Assembly: GCA_964652315.1 (NCBI GenBank)
Contig: CAZZBU010000001.1
Location: 15,221-79,220 of the forward strand
Direction: 5' to 3'
DNA length: 64,000 nucleotides
Source: an uncultured Bacteroidales bacterium
GTDB taxonomy: Bacteria > Bacteroidota > Bacteroidia > Bacteroidales > JAAAOM01
This document shows, in pieces, positions 44,669 through 55,100 of this stretch. Within the stretch, counting starts at the first letter, position 1. Each line of letters opens with the position of its first letter. A program made the translations under genes and the position numbers. The notes below the pieces were generated by a model that ran no database searches, was not told the DNA's origin, and worked only from the letters and a program-made list of their open reading frames with translations.

Positions 44669-45835
44669 TTATTTCGAAATAGGCTGCGCGTAAGTCACCA
44701 CATCCTTGCCGGTGATTTCTTTGTCGCACAGAATGATTAACCTTTCAAGTACATTTCGGAATTCCCGGATATTACCTGTCCAGGTAATTTTCTGGAGTTC
44801 TGCAATGGCATCATCGGTAATGATTTTTGGAGGCTTGCCGTATTCTGCGCATATCAGTTCATTAAAATGGTTTGCAAGGACCGGAATGTCTTCAATTCTT
44901 TCGTTCAGGGCGGGTACTTTAATGAGAATAACGCTAATGCGATGATAAAGGTCTTCGCGAAAGGTTCTCTCTTCAATTTCGCGTTTCATATCTTTGTTTG
45001 TAGCGGCTACAATCCTTACATCCACATGAATGTCTTTGTCGCTACCCACGCGGGAAATTTTATTTTCCTGAAGTGCACGCAATACTTTGGCCTGGGCTGA
45101 AAGGCTCATATCACCTATTTCGTCGAGGAAAAGGGTACCGCCATTGGCTTGCTCGAACTTACCTTTTCGCTGTTTGTGGGCTGAAGTAAAGGCCCCTTTT
45201 TCATGACCAAACAATTCACTTTCAATAAGTTCGGATGGTATGGCCGCGCAATTTACCTCTACAAAAGGAGCTGAGGCGCGTTCACTTTTTTCATGCAGCC
45301 AACGCGCAACCAGTTCTTTTCCTGTGCCGTTTTCTCCTGTTATTAAAACACGGGCATCGGTGGGTGCAACACGTTCAATCATCTCCTTTACATGGCGAAT
45401 GGCCTCCGATTCACCAACAATATCGTAGGTCTTGTTTACTTTTTGTTTCAAAACCTTGGTTTCTTCCATCAATACGGATTTGTCCAGGGCATTCCGGATG
45501 GTAACCAGCAGACGATTGAGATCAAGAGGTTTTTCGATAAAGTCGTAAGCTCCTTTTTTAATTGCTTCAACAGCAGTATCGATGTTACCATGCCCTGAAA
45601 TCATAACCACCGGTACTTCGGGTGCTATTTCATTGATTTTTCCCAGCACTTCAATGCCATCCATATTGGGCATTTTTATATCGCACAAAACGATTTCGTG
45701 TTTATTTTTTTTGAGCATTTCCAACCCTTCAGCACCTTCGGTTGCCGCTTCTACCTCATGGTTTTCATATTCAAGGATTTCTTTCAATGTACTGCGAATG
45801 CTGCGTTCGTCGTCAATTACCAATATTTTCGCCAT
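44669..45835 (-). CDS. Sigma-54-dependent response regulator (receiver plus AAA+ activator domain) with no recognisable C-terminal HTH
   Basis: Receiver KILVIDDE...CDIKMPNMDG. AAA+ module with GENGTGKE, GAFTSA loop (GAFTGA variant), LFLDEIG. The protein ends ~30 aa after the AAA+ lid (388 aa). Confidence 0.85.
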   Translation of the reverse strand: MAKILVIDDERSIRSTLKEILEYENHEVEAATEGAEGLEMLKKNKHEIVLCDIKMPNMDGIEVLGKINEIAPEVPVVMISGHGNIDTAVEAIKKGAYDFIEKPLDLNRLLVTIRNALDKSVLMEETKVLKQKVNKTYDIVGESEAIRHVKEMIERVAPTDARVLITGENGTGKELVARWLHEKSERASAPFVEVNCAAIPSELIESELFGHEKGAFTSAHKQRKGKFEQANGGTLFLDEIGDMSLSAQAKVLRALQENKISRVGSDKDIHVDVRIVAATNKDMKREIEERTFREDLYHRISVILIKVPALNERIEDIPVLANHFNELICAEYGKPPKIITDDAIAELQKITWTGNIREFRNVLERLIILCDKEITGKDVVTYAQPISK

Positions 45836-45836
45836 G

Positions 45837-46775
45837 TTACTTGATTATATGTTTCCTAAATATTTCAGATGCCGCCCCTTCCTTTAAAGAGTAAGCTGAG
45901 TGCCACAGTTCATTGACTGAAGTTTCATCCATAATAAATTTAACAAAATATGTGGCCAGCACAATCATTTCCAAGCGCATCTCAACAAGGCCGGGCATTT
46001 TCTTTCTTTCATTAAGGGTAGAATTAATAAGATTATTGTAGAGTTCGTCAAATAACACCATTGGAATGGGCTGACTAATTTTATCTTCATTTATATTTTG
46101 TGGATATGCATGTGCCAGCATTGAAACAAAAGTATCAAACGTACCGGAAGCACCTATCAGCCTTTTAGGTTGAAACTGTTCCTGAGCTTCAAAAAACGGG
46201 GTGAGCTCCTGTTTAAAATACCGGGATATTTCTTCAATTTCTTTTTTCTGTATTGGGTCTGACGGATGAAACAATTCAAGCAAACGGGCAATGCCCAAAT
46301 CAAAACTTTTTTTCCAGAATATTTTCTTTCTGTTGGCGATGATCAGTTCGTTGCTACCGCCGCCGATATCCAGGATTAACACGGGTACATCCGTAAGCTC
46401 AACCGATTCCCTGATACCAAAATAAATCAGTTCGGCTTCACGATTTCCATCAATAATATGTACATCAAAGCCGGATTGTGCTTTGATTTTTTCCATTAAT
46501 TCTTTTCCGTTACTGGCCCCGCGCAATGCCGAAGTACCATAAGCAATTTTCTTCTCGGTTTGAAATTCTTTGGTTTTTTTCGCGTGCTCCTTTACTGCAG
46601 TCAATGCGCGTTCCATGGCATCGGGCAGGATGGATTTTTTATGAATGCCTCCTTTTCCGATTTTTACCGGGAGTTTGTTTTCAAACAATACCTTTAATGG
46701 GCCGGAATGATTTTCCTCGGCAACAAGCAAATTGAAGGTGTTGGTACCTAAATCCATTATGGCTACACGCTCCAT
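45837..46775 (-). CDS. ppx: Ppx/GppA-family exopolyphosphatase
   Basis: 312 aa with ASKHA-fold motifs VAIMDLGTNTFNLLV and LILDIGGGSNE. Confidence 0.8.
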   Translation of the reverse strand: MERVAIMDLGTNTFNLLVAEENHSGPLKVLFENKLPVKIGKGGIHKKSILPDAMERALTAVKEHAKKTKEFQTEKKIAYGTSALRGASNGKELMEKIKAQSGFDVHIIDGNREAELIYFGIRESVELTDVPVLILDIGGGSNELIIANRKKIFWKKSFDLGIARLLELFHPSDPIQKKEIEEISRYFKQELTPFFEAQEQFQPKRLIGASGTFDTFVSMLAHAYPQNINEDKISQPIPMVLFDELYNNLINSTLNERKKMPGLVEMRLEMIVLATYFVKFIMDETSVNELWHSAYSLKEGAASEIFRKHIIK

Positions 46776-46838
46776 AAATAAGTCGGAATAAGCTATTAAT
46801 AATCAATCGCAGAATAACCAAAAATCCTGTCAGCTTTC

Positions 46839-48194
46839 TTAGTTTTTGTATCGAATCCACTTGAAAAGTTCTTTGTAGGTAATTTTTTTTCCATACATCA
46901 GAATGCCTGTTCGGTAAATTTTTGCTGCAAGCCATACCGAGCCAAAAAAAGTGAGTATCAACAAGCCCATGGAGACCAGTATTTCCCAGGTTGGCACGGA
47001 GAATGGGAGCCGGGCCATCATTACAATGGGTGATGTTAATGGAATAATGCTGAACCAGAATGTCAAGCTGCTTTCAGGATTGTTTAATGCGTTGAACATT
47101 ACCAACAATCCCAGGATAAGTGGGATGGTGATTGGGAACATAAACTGCTGGGTATCGGTTTCATTATCAACTGCAGCGCCAATAGCGGCAAACAAGGAAC
47201 CATAAAGGAGGTAACCACCCAGGAAGAAAAATATAAATGCGCCTACAATCAGAAACCAGTTTACCATTTGAAGTCCTTCAAGTAAAGCCTGAAATTCATT
47301 CCCGCCGGTTTCCGGTGATGCCGGAGCGGACTGGCTGGCATCTGGTGTTCTTGATTGCATCAATGTTTGCGGCGATGATTGTTGCATCATGGCTGCAGAA
47401 TCGGGCATAATAGACTGCTGTACGGCTGTTACTATACCCAGCGTGAGCACTATCCACAATGAGAACTGGGTCAGACCAACCAGGGCAATACCAATAATTT
47501 TACCCATCATTAGCTGAAAGGGTTTTACCGATGATATTATGATTTCAACTATGCGGTTTGTTTTTTCTTCGATTACCCCCCGCATTACCTGGGCACCATA
47601 GATGAATATAAACATATAAATCAATAAACCAGCGATATATGCCAGTCCCATGGAGACAGCGGTATTGCCTTTTCGTTCCTCACCACCGGTTTCCATCCTA
47701 ATGGTTTGTATGGAAACGTTGGTCTCCACATTTTCAAGGATTTCATCCAGATTTTCAATGTTATAGGCTTTTAATTTTTGTTGTTCCAGTTTATTTTCAA
47801 TGGCTTGTGAGATGTGCTCGTTAATGCTCATGCTGGGTTGTTTGTTGGCAAATAACTGCACGGAACCAGGCGAGTAGGTTACGATTCTCGGGATATATAA
47901 AATCGCATAATAATCACTTTCGAAATAAACTTTTTTTAAGGTTTCGAGATCGACATTATCGGGATAAGTAAATTTTATGGATTCTGTTTCCGGTAATTCA
48001 TTTATAAACATGCCCGTTTCATCGACCACGGCTATCTTTCGCTCCTCTGTGTCTTCCATGGTCATCATCCAGGCCATGGCTGCAAAAAAACCGCCAAATA
48101 AAATGGGACCAAGAATGGTCATGATGATAAACGACTTTTTCTTTACCCGGGTAAGGTATTCCCGTTTTATAATTAAGCTTATTTTGTTTGACAT
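46839..48194 (-). CDS. ABC-2 type transporter permease (NatB-like)
   Basis: 451 aa. One N-terminal TM helix, a large extracytoplasmic loop and five C-terminal TM helices. Downstream of the ATPase gene. Confidence 0.75.
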   Translation of the reverse strand: MSNKISLIIKREYLTRVKKKSFIIMTILGPILFGGFFAAMAWMMTMEDTEERKIAVVDETGMFINELPETESIKFTYPDNVDLETLKKVYFESDYYAILYIPRIVTYSPGSVQLFANKQPSMSINEHISQAIENKLEQQKLKAYNIENLDEILENVETNVSIQTIRMETGGEERKGNTAVSMGLAYIAGLLIYMFIFIYGAQVMRGVIEEKTNRIVEIIISSVKPFQLMMGKIIGIALVGLTQFSLWIVLTLGIVTAVQQSIMPDSAAMMQQSSPQTLMQSRTPDASQSAPASPETGGNEFQALLEGLQMVNWFLIVGAFIFFFLGGYLLYGSLFAAIGAAVDNETDTQQFMFPITIPLILGLLVMFNALNNPESSLTFWFSIIPLTSPIVMMARLPFSVPTWEILVSMGLLILTFFGSVWLAAKIYRTGILMYGKKITYKELFKWIRYKN

Positions 48195-48201
48195 GATTTG
48201 T

Positions 48202-49128
48202 TTAATTTTTCTGGATTTTTTCTACTACCTTAATAAATATATCGTTCATGCGTGGGAGGCGTTCAGTAAACCCGTGCAACTGGCAGGTTTTTATCAGGTT
48301 TTGGATCAGTTCATTCGGGTTGGTATCCTCCTCAACTTTCACGGCTATTTCATGCATTTCGTTGCCAGGTTTTGATTTTATGACTTCAAAACGGCCATTA
48401 AGTGAACTTACGGTTTTGTTGTAATCACCAGTAAAACGCACATCAAAAGTATTGGACTTAAACCTGTTTTTGATATCATCCATTTTTCCTTCAATCATAG
48501 CCTGGGCGTTATTGATAAGGGTGATATGATCGCATAATTCTTCAACAGATTCCATATTATGGGTAGAGAAAAGGATGGTGGTGCCCCTGTCACGCAATTC
48601 TAAAATTTCGTTTTTCAGTTGCCGGGTGTTGATGGGGTCAAATCCACTAAAGGGTTCGTCAAAAATCATCAGTTCGGGTTCATGTATCATGGTTGTGATA
48701 AACTGGATTTTTTGTTGCATACCTTTTGACAGCTCTTCCACTTTTTTATTCCACCAGGGCTGAATCTCAAATTTCTCGAACCAGCTTTTCAGGCGCTTCA
48801 TTGCATCTGTTTTTGAAACGCCTTTAAGTTGAGCCAGGTATAATACCTGCTCCCCCACTTTCATTTTTTTGTATAATCCCCGTTCTTCAGGCAGATATCC
48901 AATATGGTAGATGTCATCGGTTTTCATCTTCCTGCCGTTTAAATATAGTTTTCCTTCATCAGGAGCGGTAATTTGATTAATAATCCTGATGAGGGTGGTT
49001 TTTCCGGCACCGTTTGGCCCTAAAAGCCCATAGATGGAACCTTTAGGTACATGAATGCTTACCTTGTCAAGTGCCAGGTGGTTGGCATACTGTTTTACAA
49101 TATCTTCTGCTGAAAAATAATGTTCCAT
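48202..49128 (-). CDS. ABC transporter ATP-binding protein (NatA-like)
   Basis: Walker A GPNGAGKTT, signature LSKGMQQK, Walker B LMIFDEP. Confidence 0.9.
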   Translation of the reverse strand: MEHYFSAEDIVKQYANHLALDKVSIHVPKGSIYGLLGPNGAGKTTLIRIINQITAPDEGKLYLNGRKMKTDDIYHIGYLPEERGLYKKMKVGEQVLYLAQLKGVSKTDAMKRLKSWFEKFEIQPWWNKKVEELSKGMQQKIQFITTMIHEPELMIFDEPFSGFDPINTRQLKNEILELRDRGTTILFSTHNMESVEELCDHITLINNAQAMIEGKMDDIKNRFKSNTFDVRFTGDYNKTVSSLNGRFEVIKSKPGNEMHEIAVKVEEDTNPNELIQNLIKTCQLHGFTERLPRMNDIFIKVVEKIQKN

Positions 49129-49309
49129 ATTTACAATTATTTGGGCCTATATTTGATCAATAATTCTGGTGGAATGCGAATATAGCTACTCTACGAATTA
49201 TAATTGGTATTTATTCTGTGCTTTTTTTGTTCAAATGCAGATAATACCAATGTGTTTGGTACCGAACCAGAGAAAAAACCAGATGAGGCAGGGTAATGGA
49301 AAGGGTTAC

Positions 49310-51646
49310 CTACCCTATGATTTTCAGCCTGGCAAATTTGAGCAAGAGCACTTTTTCCTGTCCTGTGTTTTTAAAGTAGATTCGTGCTTTTTTTTGTGAA
49401 TCATTTCCTTCGATGCTGCGCACTTCGCCTGGCCCGAAACGCAAGTGGGTAACCAGCATTCCTTCAGATATTTTTCCAGGATCATCAGGTACAAACCCAT
49501 CGGGGGGAGTAAAATGATTGGTCGCATTTTTCACTTCATTGATTTTTGTGAGTTTGCGTTTCATTTGAGAAAGGTGTGGATTAGGAGCAGTGGTGGTAAA
49601 TGCATTTGGCGCCTTTCTTTTAAAGGGTTTTCTCGTTCCTGGTTCCGGCAAATCCGGATCATTGCCTGCTTCGAATTGAGGGGTCATCATGTCCAGGAAA
49701 ACCTGATCGATTTCACCTAAAAATCGGCTAGGCTTACAATTCATGGAATCTCCCCATTTGTAGCGGCTTTCAGCATAACTAAGGCTGACCTTCTTTTTGG
49801 CGCGTGTGAGTGCAACATAAAACAGACGCCGCTCTTCTTCAAGTTCTTTGGGATTTTGCACGGACAACCTTGAGGGGAACAATTCCTCTTCCAAACCTAC
49901 AATATGAACCACTTCAAATTCCAGCCCTTTGGAAGCATGAATGGTCATGAGGCTAACCTTGTCTTTGTCTTCATCATTGTCTGTGTCTGCATCAGTAAGC
50001 AAGGCCACATTTTCCATAAACTGGTCCAGGGTAACCATGCCCTCTTCTTCTGCAGCGCGCCCATCAGCAAATTCTTTGATCCCGTTCAGCAGTTCTTCCA
50101 GGTTTTCAAACCGTGAACGGTCTTCAATGCTATCGCCATTATAAAGCTGCCTGTATATGCCAGTTTTGTTGGCAATTTCCGTAGCCATCTCATAAGCTTC
50201 AGTTTGAGGCAGGCGTTGGATAAACTCTTCCATCATGGTGCGGAAATTAAAAAGCTTTGTTAATGTGCCTTTGTTTAGGCCGGGATTGGTTTGTTCAAGG
50301 GTTTTTATCACATCCCATATACTTGTTCCCATTTGATTTGATGCTGCTTCGAGTTTATCTTGGGTGGTTTGTCCAATTCCGCGGGCAGGGTAGTTAATAA
50401 TGCGTTTCAGGGCCTCGTCGTCCTTTGGATTGATGGCCATACGGTAATACCCCATAATATCCTTGATCTCCTTTCGCTGATAAAAGGATACAGAGCCATA
50501 GATACGGTAAGGAATGTTTTTCTTCCGCAAGGCCTCCTCAAAAATCCTTGACTGAGCGTTGGTACGGTAAAGAATGGCAAAGTCGTAGTACTGCAATTGA
50601 AATCGGTATTTATCTTCCAGGATGCTGCTGGCAACAATAATTCCTTCTTCACCGTCAGTATAAGCTTTGGTTATTTTAATTTTATCACCGGCTTCATTAG
50701 CCGAGAAAACTTTCTTCTGGATTTGTTCTTTGTTTTTGGCAATGACACTGTTGGCAGCGTCTACAATGGTTTGTGTTGATCGGTAATTCTGTTCAAGCTT
50801 GAATAACTGATAAGTTGGATAGTCTTTTCGGAAATTGAGGATGTTTTCAATTTTTGCGCCGCGGAAGGCATAAATGCTTTGTGCATCGTCGCCAACCACA
50901 CATACATTTTTTTCTTTTGCCGATAGTTTATTTACAATCAGATATTGAGAAAAATTTGTATCCTGGTACTCGTCAACCAAAATATACTTAAACCGGTTTT
51001 GATATTTTTGGAGAATGTCCGGATGATCACGGAACAACACATTGGTGTTCAGCAGGAGATCATCAAAGTCCATGGCACCGGCTTTTTTACAACGGATGGC
51101 ATATTCCCGGTAAATATCAACAACAGCCGGTTTCCGCGAAGTCCGATCGTTGTTAACAAGGGCGCTGTTGCTTGCATACGCCTGATGCGAAATCAGGTTA
51201 TTTTTAGCAGTTGAAATCCGGCTCAATACATCCCCTGGTTTGTATGTCTCCGCATCAAGGCCAAGGTCCTTAATGATTTTTTTTATCAGATTTTTCGAAT
51301 CAACTGTATCGTAGATGGTGAAATTTGAAGAATAACCAATGGAGCCCGCCTCAAAACGAAGAATTTTTGCAAAAATGGAATGGAAGGTACCCATCCATAA
51401 TTGATTGGCCAGGCGCTTGTCAACTATGGTCCCGATGCGTTCCTTCATTTCGCGAGCAGCCTTGTTGGTAAAGGTAAGTGACAAAATATTTGATGGTTGG
51501 ATGCCTTGTTGCAACAGGTAGGCAATCCGGAAGGTGAGTACCCGCGTTTTTCCTGAGCCTGCCCCGGCTATGACAAGGGAGGGGCCGGTAATATTGGTTA
51601 CTGCCTTTCTTTGTACTTCGTTAAGTCCTTGTAATAAATGCTCCAA
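49310..51646 (-). CDS. uvrD: UvrD/PcrA/Rep-family ATP-dependent DNA helicase
   Basis: 778 aa: LNEVQRKAV, Walker A AGAGSGKT, DEYQDT, VGDDAQSIYAFRGA, and helicase motif VI region LFYVALTRAKKK. Apparent TTG start. TATTTTTG box at 51673-51680 on the minus strand. Confidence 0.92.
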   Translation of the reverse strand: MEHLLQGLNEVQRKAVTNITGPSLVIAGAGSGKTRVLTFRIAYLLQQGIQPSNILSLTFTNKAAREMKERIGTIVDKRLANQLWMGTFHSIFAKILRFEAGSIGYSSNFTIYDTVDSKNLIKKIIKDLGLDAETYKPGDVLSRISTAKNNLISHQAYASNSALVNNDRTSRKPAVVDIYREYAIRCKKAGAMDFDDLLLNTNVLFRDHPDILQKYQNRFKYILVDEYQDTNFSQYLIVNKLSAKEKNVCVVGDDAQSIYAFRGAKIENILNFRKDYPTYQLFKLEQNYRSTQTIVDAANSVIAKNKEQIQKKVFSANEAGDKIKITKAYTDGEEGIIVASSILEDKYRFQLQYYDFAILYRTNAQSRIFEEALRKKNIPYRIYGSVSFYQRKEIKDIMGYYRMAINPKDDEALKRIINYPARGIGQTTQDKLEAASNQMGTSIWDVIKTLEQTNPGLNKGTLTKLFNFRTMMEEFIQRLPQTEAYEMATEIANKTGIYRQLYNGDSIEDRSRFENLEELLNGIKEFADGRAAEEEGMVTLDQFMENVALLTDADTDNDEDKDKVSLMTIHASKGLEFEVVHIVGLEEELFPSRLSVQNPKELEEERRLFYVALTRAKKKVSLSYAESRYKWGDSMNCKPSRFLGEIDQVFLDMMTPQFEAGNDPDLPEPGTRKPFKRKAPNAFTTTAPNPHLSQMKRKLTKINEVKNATNHFTPPDGFVPDDPGKISEGMLVTHLRFGPGEVRSIEGNDSQKKARIYFKNTGQEKVLLLKFARLKIIG

Positions 51647-51727
51647 ATCGATTATTGTTTTTTATGTGCCTTCAAAAATACAATATGACCGAGGAAATTG
51701 GATGAAAGATAGAGATTAGTTTTTAAC

Positions 51728-51757
51728 AAAAAAAAACCGATACTGAAACAGTACCGG
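51728..51757 (-). terminator. Strong orphan rho-independent terminator on the minus strand
   Basis: Minus-strand RNA: CCGGUACUG-UUU-CAGUAUCGG followed by 9 U. The one non-Watson-Crick position is a G-U pair on the minus-strand RNA but an A-C mismatch on the plus-strand RNA. No annotated minus-strand gene lies upstream of it. Confidence 0.7.
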
Positions 51758-52217
51758 TCCTGGGTATTTTAATTCGGGTTTTTTAGTTTTTCTGAAAATC
51801 TGTGAGGTATTCTTCTTTTTCAGTATTGGGTGCAACAGGTAAGGCCTCCTCACTTTCACGTTGCTTTTTCGCTTTTTCGGCAACTGGTTACCACCTACGT
51901 ATACCTGAGAAATTTTTTAATGTTTGAAAAGGTTGATTAATGTATATATCGGTGACGTAAATCACCCATTAAAGATGATGAACAGCATCAATTCTCTTTG
52001 ACTGTCATCATCCGCCTGTAAAAATTATAATTGTATTTGCTTTTACAACTATTTTTAATTTATTGTTATATAGTGTTTTGTGTAGTTTGCCTTGATTAGT
52101 GAAGTAAAACCCTGATTGTTGATTTAAACCTTTGAATGTTAATGTCTGTTTTTTTGAATATCATTGTTAAGAATAAAAGACAAAACGGAATATATTAACT
52201 TTTAATTACCCGACACG

Positions 52218-54281
52218 ATGAAATGTGCACTGAAATTTTTAACAGCTTTTCTTTTACTTACATTTTCTACAAGTAATGCTTACAGCCAGCAGGTGGTTAC
52301 CCCCGAAGATATTCTATCAATGGATTATTGCAGCCCGGAGCAAATCAGTCCGGATGGCAAACAGGTAATTTATAATGTACTTGTACAGCGTAGTCCAAAC
52401 GAGAAACCCGGCCCTGCTCATGTGCGTTATTTTTTGATGGATTTAAAAAGTGGTGAAAGCCGGCAGCTTGTTAATGACACCTTAAAGATAGGCAGTCCCA
52501 GGTTTAGTATGGATGGAAAATATCTGGCTTTTTTATACAAGCACGGTAAAGATAAGCGGCAAGTTTGGCAAATGCCCGTCAAGGGTGGTGATTTAAAAAA
52601 GCTAACCCATGCTGAGAGCAATGTTTCGGCTTTTGAATGGCATCCTAAAGGGGAAGGAATAGCATATCTGGCACAAACACCCAGGAGTGAAAAAGATATG
52701 GAACTTGAGAAACGGGGCTATGATTTTACATTTTTTGAAGAAAATCTCAGGAACACAAATCTTTATTATGTTCATATGAATGGAGAAGATGGAACACAAA
52801 AGTTAAAACAACTGACAACAGAAATGAATGTCTGGGACCTTAATTTTGACTATCAGGGAGATCAGATAGCTTTTAGTGCATCAGAAAAAAATCTTATTGA
52901 TCATCGCTATATGTTCCGTAAAATATATGTGGTTGACCTAAATACAGGCATGAGTGAAGTGGTTGTAGAAGACAGGGGAAAGCTTGGTAATTTTGCCTTC
53001 AGTCCTGATGGAAAACAACTGGCATTTACCTCAGCCCTTCACATTCACGACCATGCAGTTAGTCAGGCCCTTGTATTAGATCTTGAAACAAAACAGGTTA
53101 TAAACTTAACGCCTTCCGATTTCAGAGGGCACATGAGCTGGATTCAGTGGAAAAATGATGAAAATGTCATGATTTATTCCGATGAAGGCGTATATCCAAA
53201 GCTCAGTCAGATGCCTTCGTCTGGCGGTGACCGGAAAATAGTCCTGGATGCTGAGAAGACGGGCGTTGTATTCTCCACGCCGGTTTTTACCAAAGGATTT
53301 GATAAAATGATTTTTACAGGGACAACACCTTACATGCCTTATAACTTATATCTGAAAGAAAATGAAGCGGATGTCCAAAAATTAACTGATTTGAATAATC
53401 ATTTCAAGAACAGAAAGTATGGAGAACAGGAAGTATTTCAGTTTTCAGCAAGCGATGGTGTTACCATTGAAGGTATTCTGATAAAACCGGTTGATTATAA
53501 TGAAAATGAGAATCATCCATTAATTCTGTATGTGCATGGCGGACCTGAAGCCCACCATTCCAACGGATGGCTCAGTCAGTATTCCACACCCGGTCAGGTA
53601 ATGGCCGGAAAAGGTTACATGGTTGGGTACATCAACTATAGGGCCAGTACCGGTTACGGAGTGGATTTTGGCATGGAAGGCTTTGAAGATGCCGCCGGCG
53701 CCGAGTTCGATGATCTGGCAGATGCCATAAGGTATTTGACTGATAAACGCGGAGCAGACAGAGAACGCGTTGGCATGGCAGGAGGATCTTACGGGGGTTA
53801 TGCATCAGCATGGTTTGCCACCCGCTACACCAGGTATGTGAATGCGGTATGTATGTTTGTTGGAATCAGCAATCTCATAAGCAAAAAAGGCACCACTGAT
53901 ATACCCTATGAAGAATTGCTGGTTCATGCAGGCAAACTGTTGGAAGATAGCTGGATGTTTAATCTTGAACGCAGCCCGGTTTACTGGGCACACCAAAGTG
54001 AAACGGCTACGCTTATCTATGGGGGAGCCGATGATTCCAGGGTACATCCATCCCAGAGCCTGGAACTTTACCGACGTATGAAAATGAATGATCATCCGGC
54101 TGTAAGGCTGGTTCAGTACCCGGGCGAAGGGCATGGTAACCGGAAGCAGGTTGGCAGGATTGATGTTTTATACAGGCAGATTGATTGGTTCGATTGGTAT
54201 GTGAAAAACAACAAGCCACTGGATGGCCCCATGCCGCCACTTGATATCAGCGATAAATACGGGTTGGACTGGCAGTTTTAA
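52218..54281 (+). CDS. S9-family serine peptidase (beta-propeller plus alpha/beta-hydrolase domain)
   Basis: Signal peptide, WD/propeller-like N-half with repeated SPDGK motifs, nucleophile elbow GGSYGGY, and C-terminal D...H (GEGHG). Confidence 0.88.
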   Translation: MKCALKFLTAFLLLTFSTSNAYSQQVVTPEDILSMDYCSPEQISPDGKQVIYNVLVQRSPNEKPGPAHVRYFLMDLKSGESRQLVNDTLKIGSPRFSMDGKYLAFLYKHGKDKRQVWQMPVKGGDLKKLTHAESNVSAFEWHPKGEGIAYLAQTPRSEKDMELEKRGYDFTFFEENLRNTNLYYVHMNGEDGTQKLKQLTTEMNVWDLNFDYQGDQIAFSASEKNLIDHRYMFRKIYVVDLNTGMSEVVVEDRGKLGNFAFSPDGKQLAFTSALHIHDHAVSQALVLDLETKQVINLTPSDFRGHMSWIQWKNDENVMIYSDEGVYPKLSQMPSSGGDRKIVLDAEKTGVVFSTPVFTKGFDKMIFTGTTPYMPYNLYLKENEADVQKLTDLNNHFKNRKYGEQEVFQFSASDGVTIEGILIKPVDYNENENHPLILYVHGGPEAHHSNGWLSQYSTPGQVMAGKGYMVGYINYRASTGYGVDFGMEGFEDAAGAEFDDLADAIRYLTDKRGADRERVGMAGGSYGGYASAWFATRYTRYVNAVCMFVGISNLISKKGTTDIPYEELLVHAGKLLEDSWMFNLERSPVYWAHQSETATLIYGGADDSRVHPSQSLELYRRMKMNDHPAVRLVQYPGEGHGNRKQVGRIDVLYRQIDWFDWYVKNNKPLDGPMPPLDISDKYGLDWQF

Positions 54282-54467
54282 TAGAAGCGCTTCTGCCAGG
54301 CGAAATATTACAATTTTCTTCTAATAAGAAATTGATTATCACGTTATTTTAAGCGCGTGAATGCATTGGTTTATTAATGTTGGTTTGCAGCAGCCAATAA
54401 AGCCTTATTTGCCCCGTAACAAAAACTTTATTGATTTTGAATGTTTTTCGGATCCTGGATCACATGA

Positions 54468-55097
54468 TTAACTTCCTGATGTTTTTGAAGTATCTGCCGG
54501 GACAGGCTGATTATAGAGCACTTCTGTGATATAGGTTACTATTTTCCAGCGATCATCAGGCAATACCAGTGGGCCATGGGCTCCCATCACCCCAAAACCT
54601 ACTGTGATGTTGTGAAAGGTTTCCCCTTCAGGCTTTGCTTTTACTTGTTCGGTAATCAGACTGGCCGGAGGATAAGGATATCTGCCACTGGTATAAAGAT
54701 AGCCTTTACCATCGCCATATTCACCATGGCACTGAAGGCAAAATCTTTCATAATGAATTTTACCTGCCTCAACGATGGCTTGTGTTGGCTCATAGGGATT
54801 TGATAATTCTTCGCCTGCTTTTTTCATGTCGGCATCCGTTTTTTCGTAAGGGTAGGGTATGTGCCCTCTTGGAACGGTCCCTTCAACAGGTGGCCGATTA
54901 GTATACCCTTCTTCGAAAACCGGATTTTCCGAGTAGGTTTCATAAGCCTCTGATTCATCCATATCCGGGAAATAAACATAGCCGGGATGGTTGTTGTCAC
55001 GATCGCAACTGACCATTCCGATTAAAAAACCGCCCAGGACAATGCCTTTAAGCCAGTTTATTTTATTATTTTTCAAATTATATATGCGTTCTTCCAT
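54468..55097 (-). CDS. actE: Alternative Complex III monoheme cytochrome c subunit
   Basis: N-terminal anchor with Cys (MVSCDRDN) and a single CLQCHG heme motif. Last gene of the act cluster. Confidence 0.65.
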   Translation of the reverse strand: MEERIYNLKNNKINWLKGIVLGGFLIGMVSCDRDNNHPGYVYFPDMDESEAYETYSENPVFEEGYTNRPPVEGTVPRGHIPYPYEKTDADMKKAGEELSNPYEPTQAIVEAGKIHYERFCLQCHGEYGDGKGYLYTSGRYPYPPASLITEQVKAKPEGETFHNITVGFGVMGAHGPLVLPDDRWKIVTYITEVLYNQPVPADTSKTSGS

Positions 55098-55100
55098 GGT

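Noticed and set aside
54269-54299. Hairpin CTGGCAG-N17-CTGCCAG containing the palindrome AGAAGCGCTTCT, overlapping the S9 peptidase stop codon.
   Set aside because: No following U-run on either strand. It may contribute to termination between convergent genes but cannot be supported as a terminator or operator from sequence alone.
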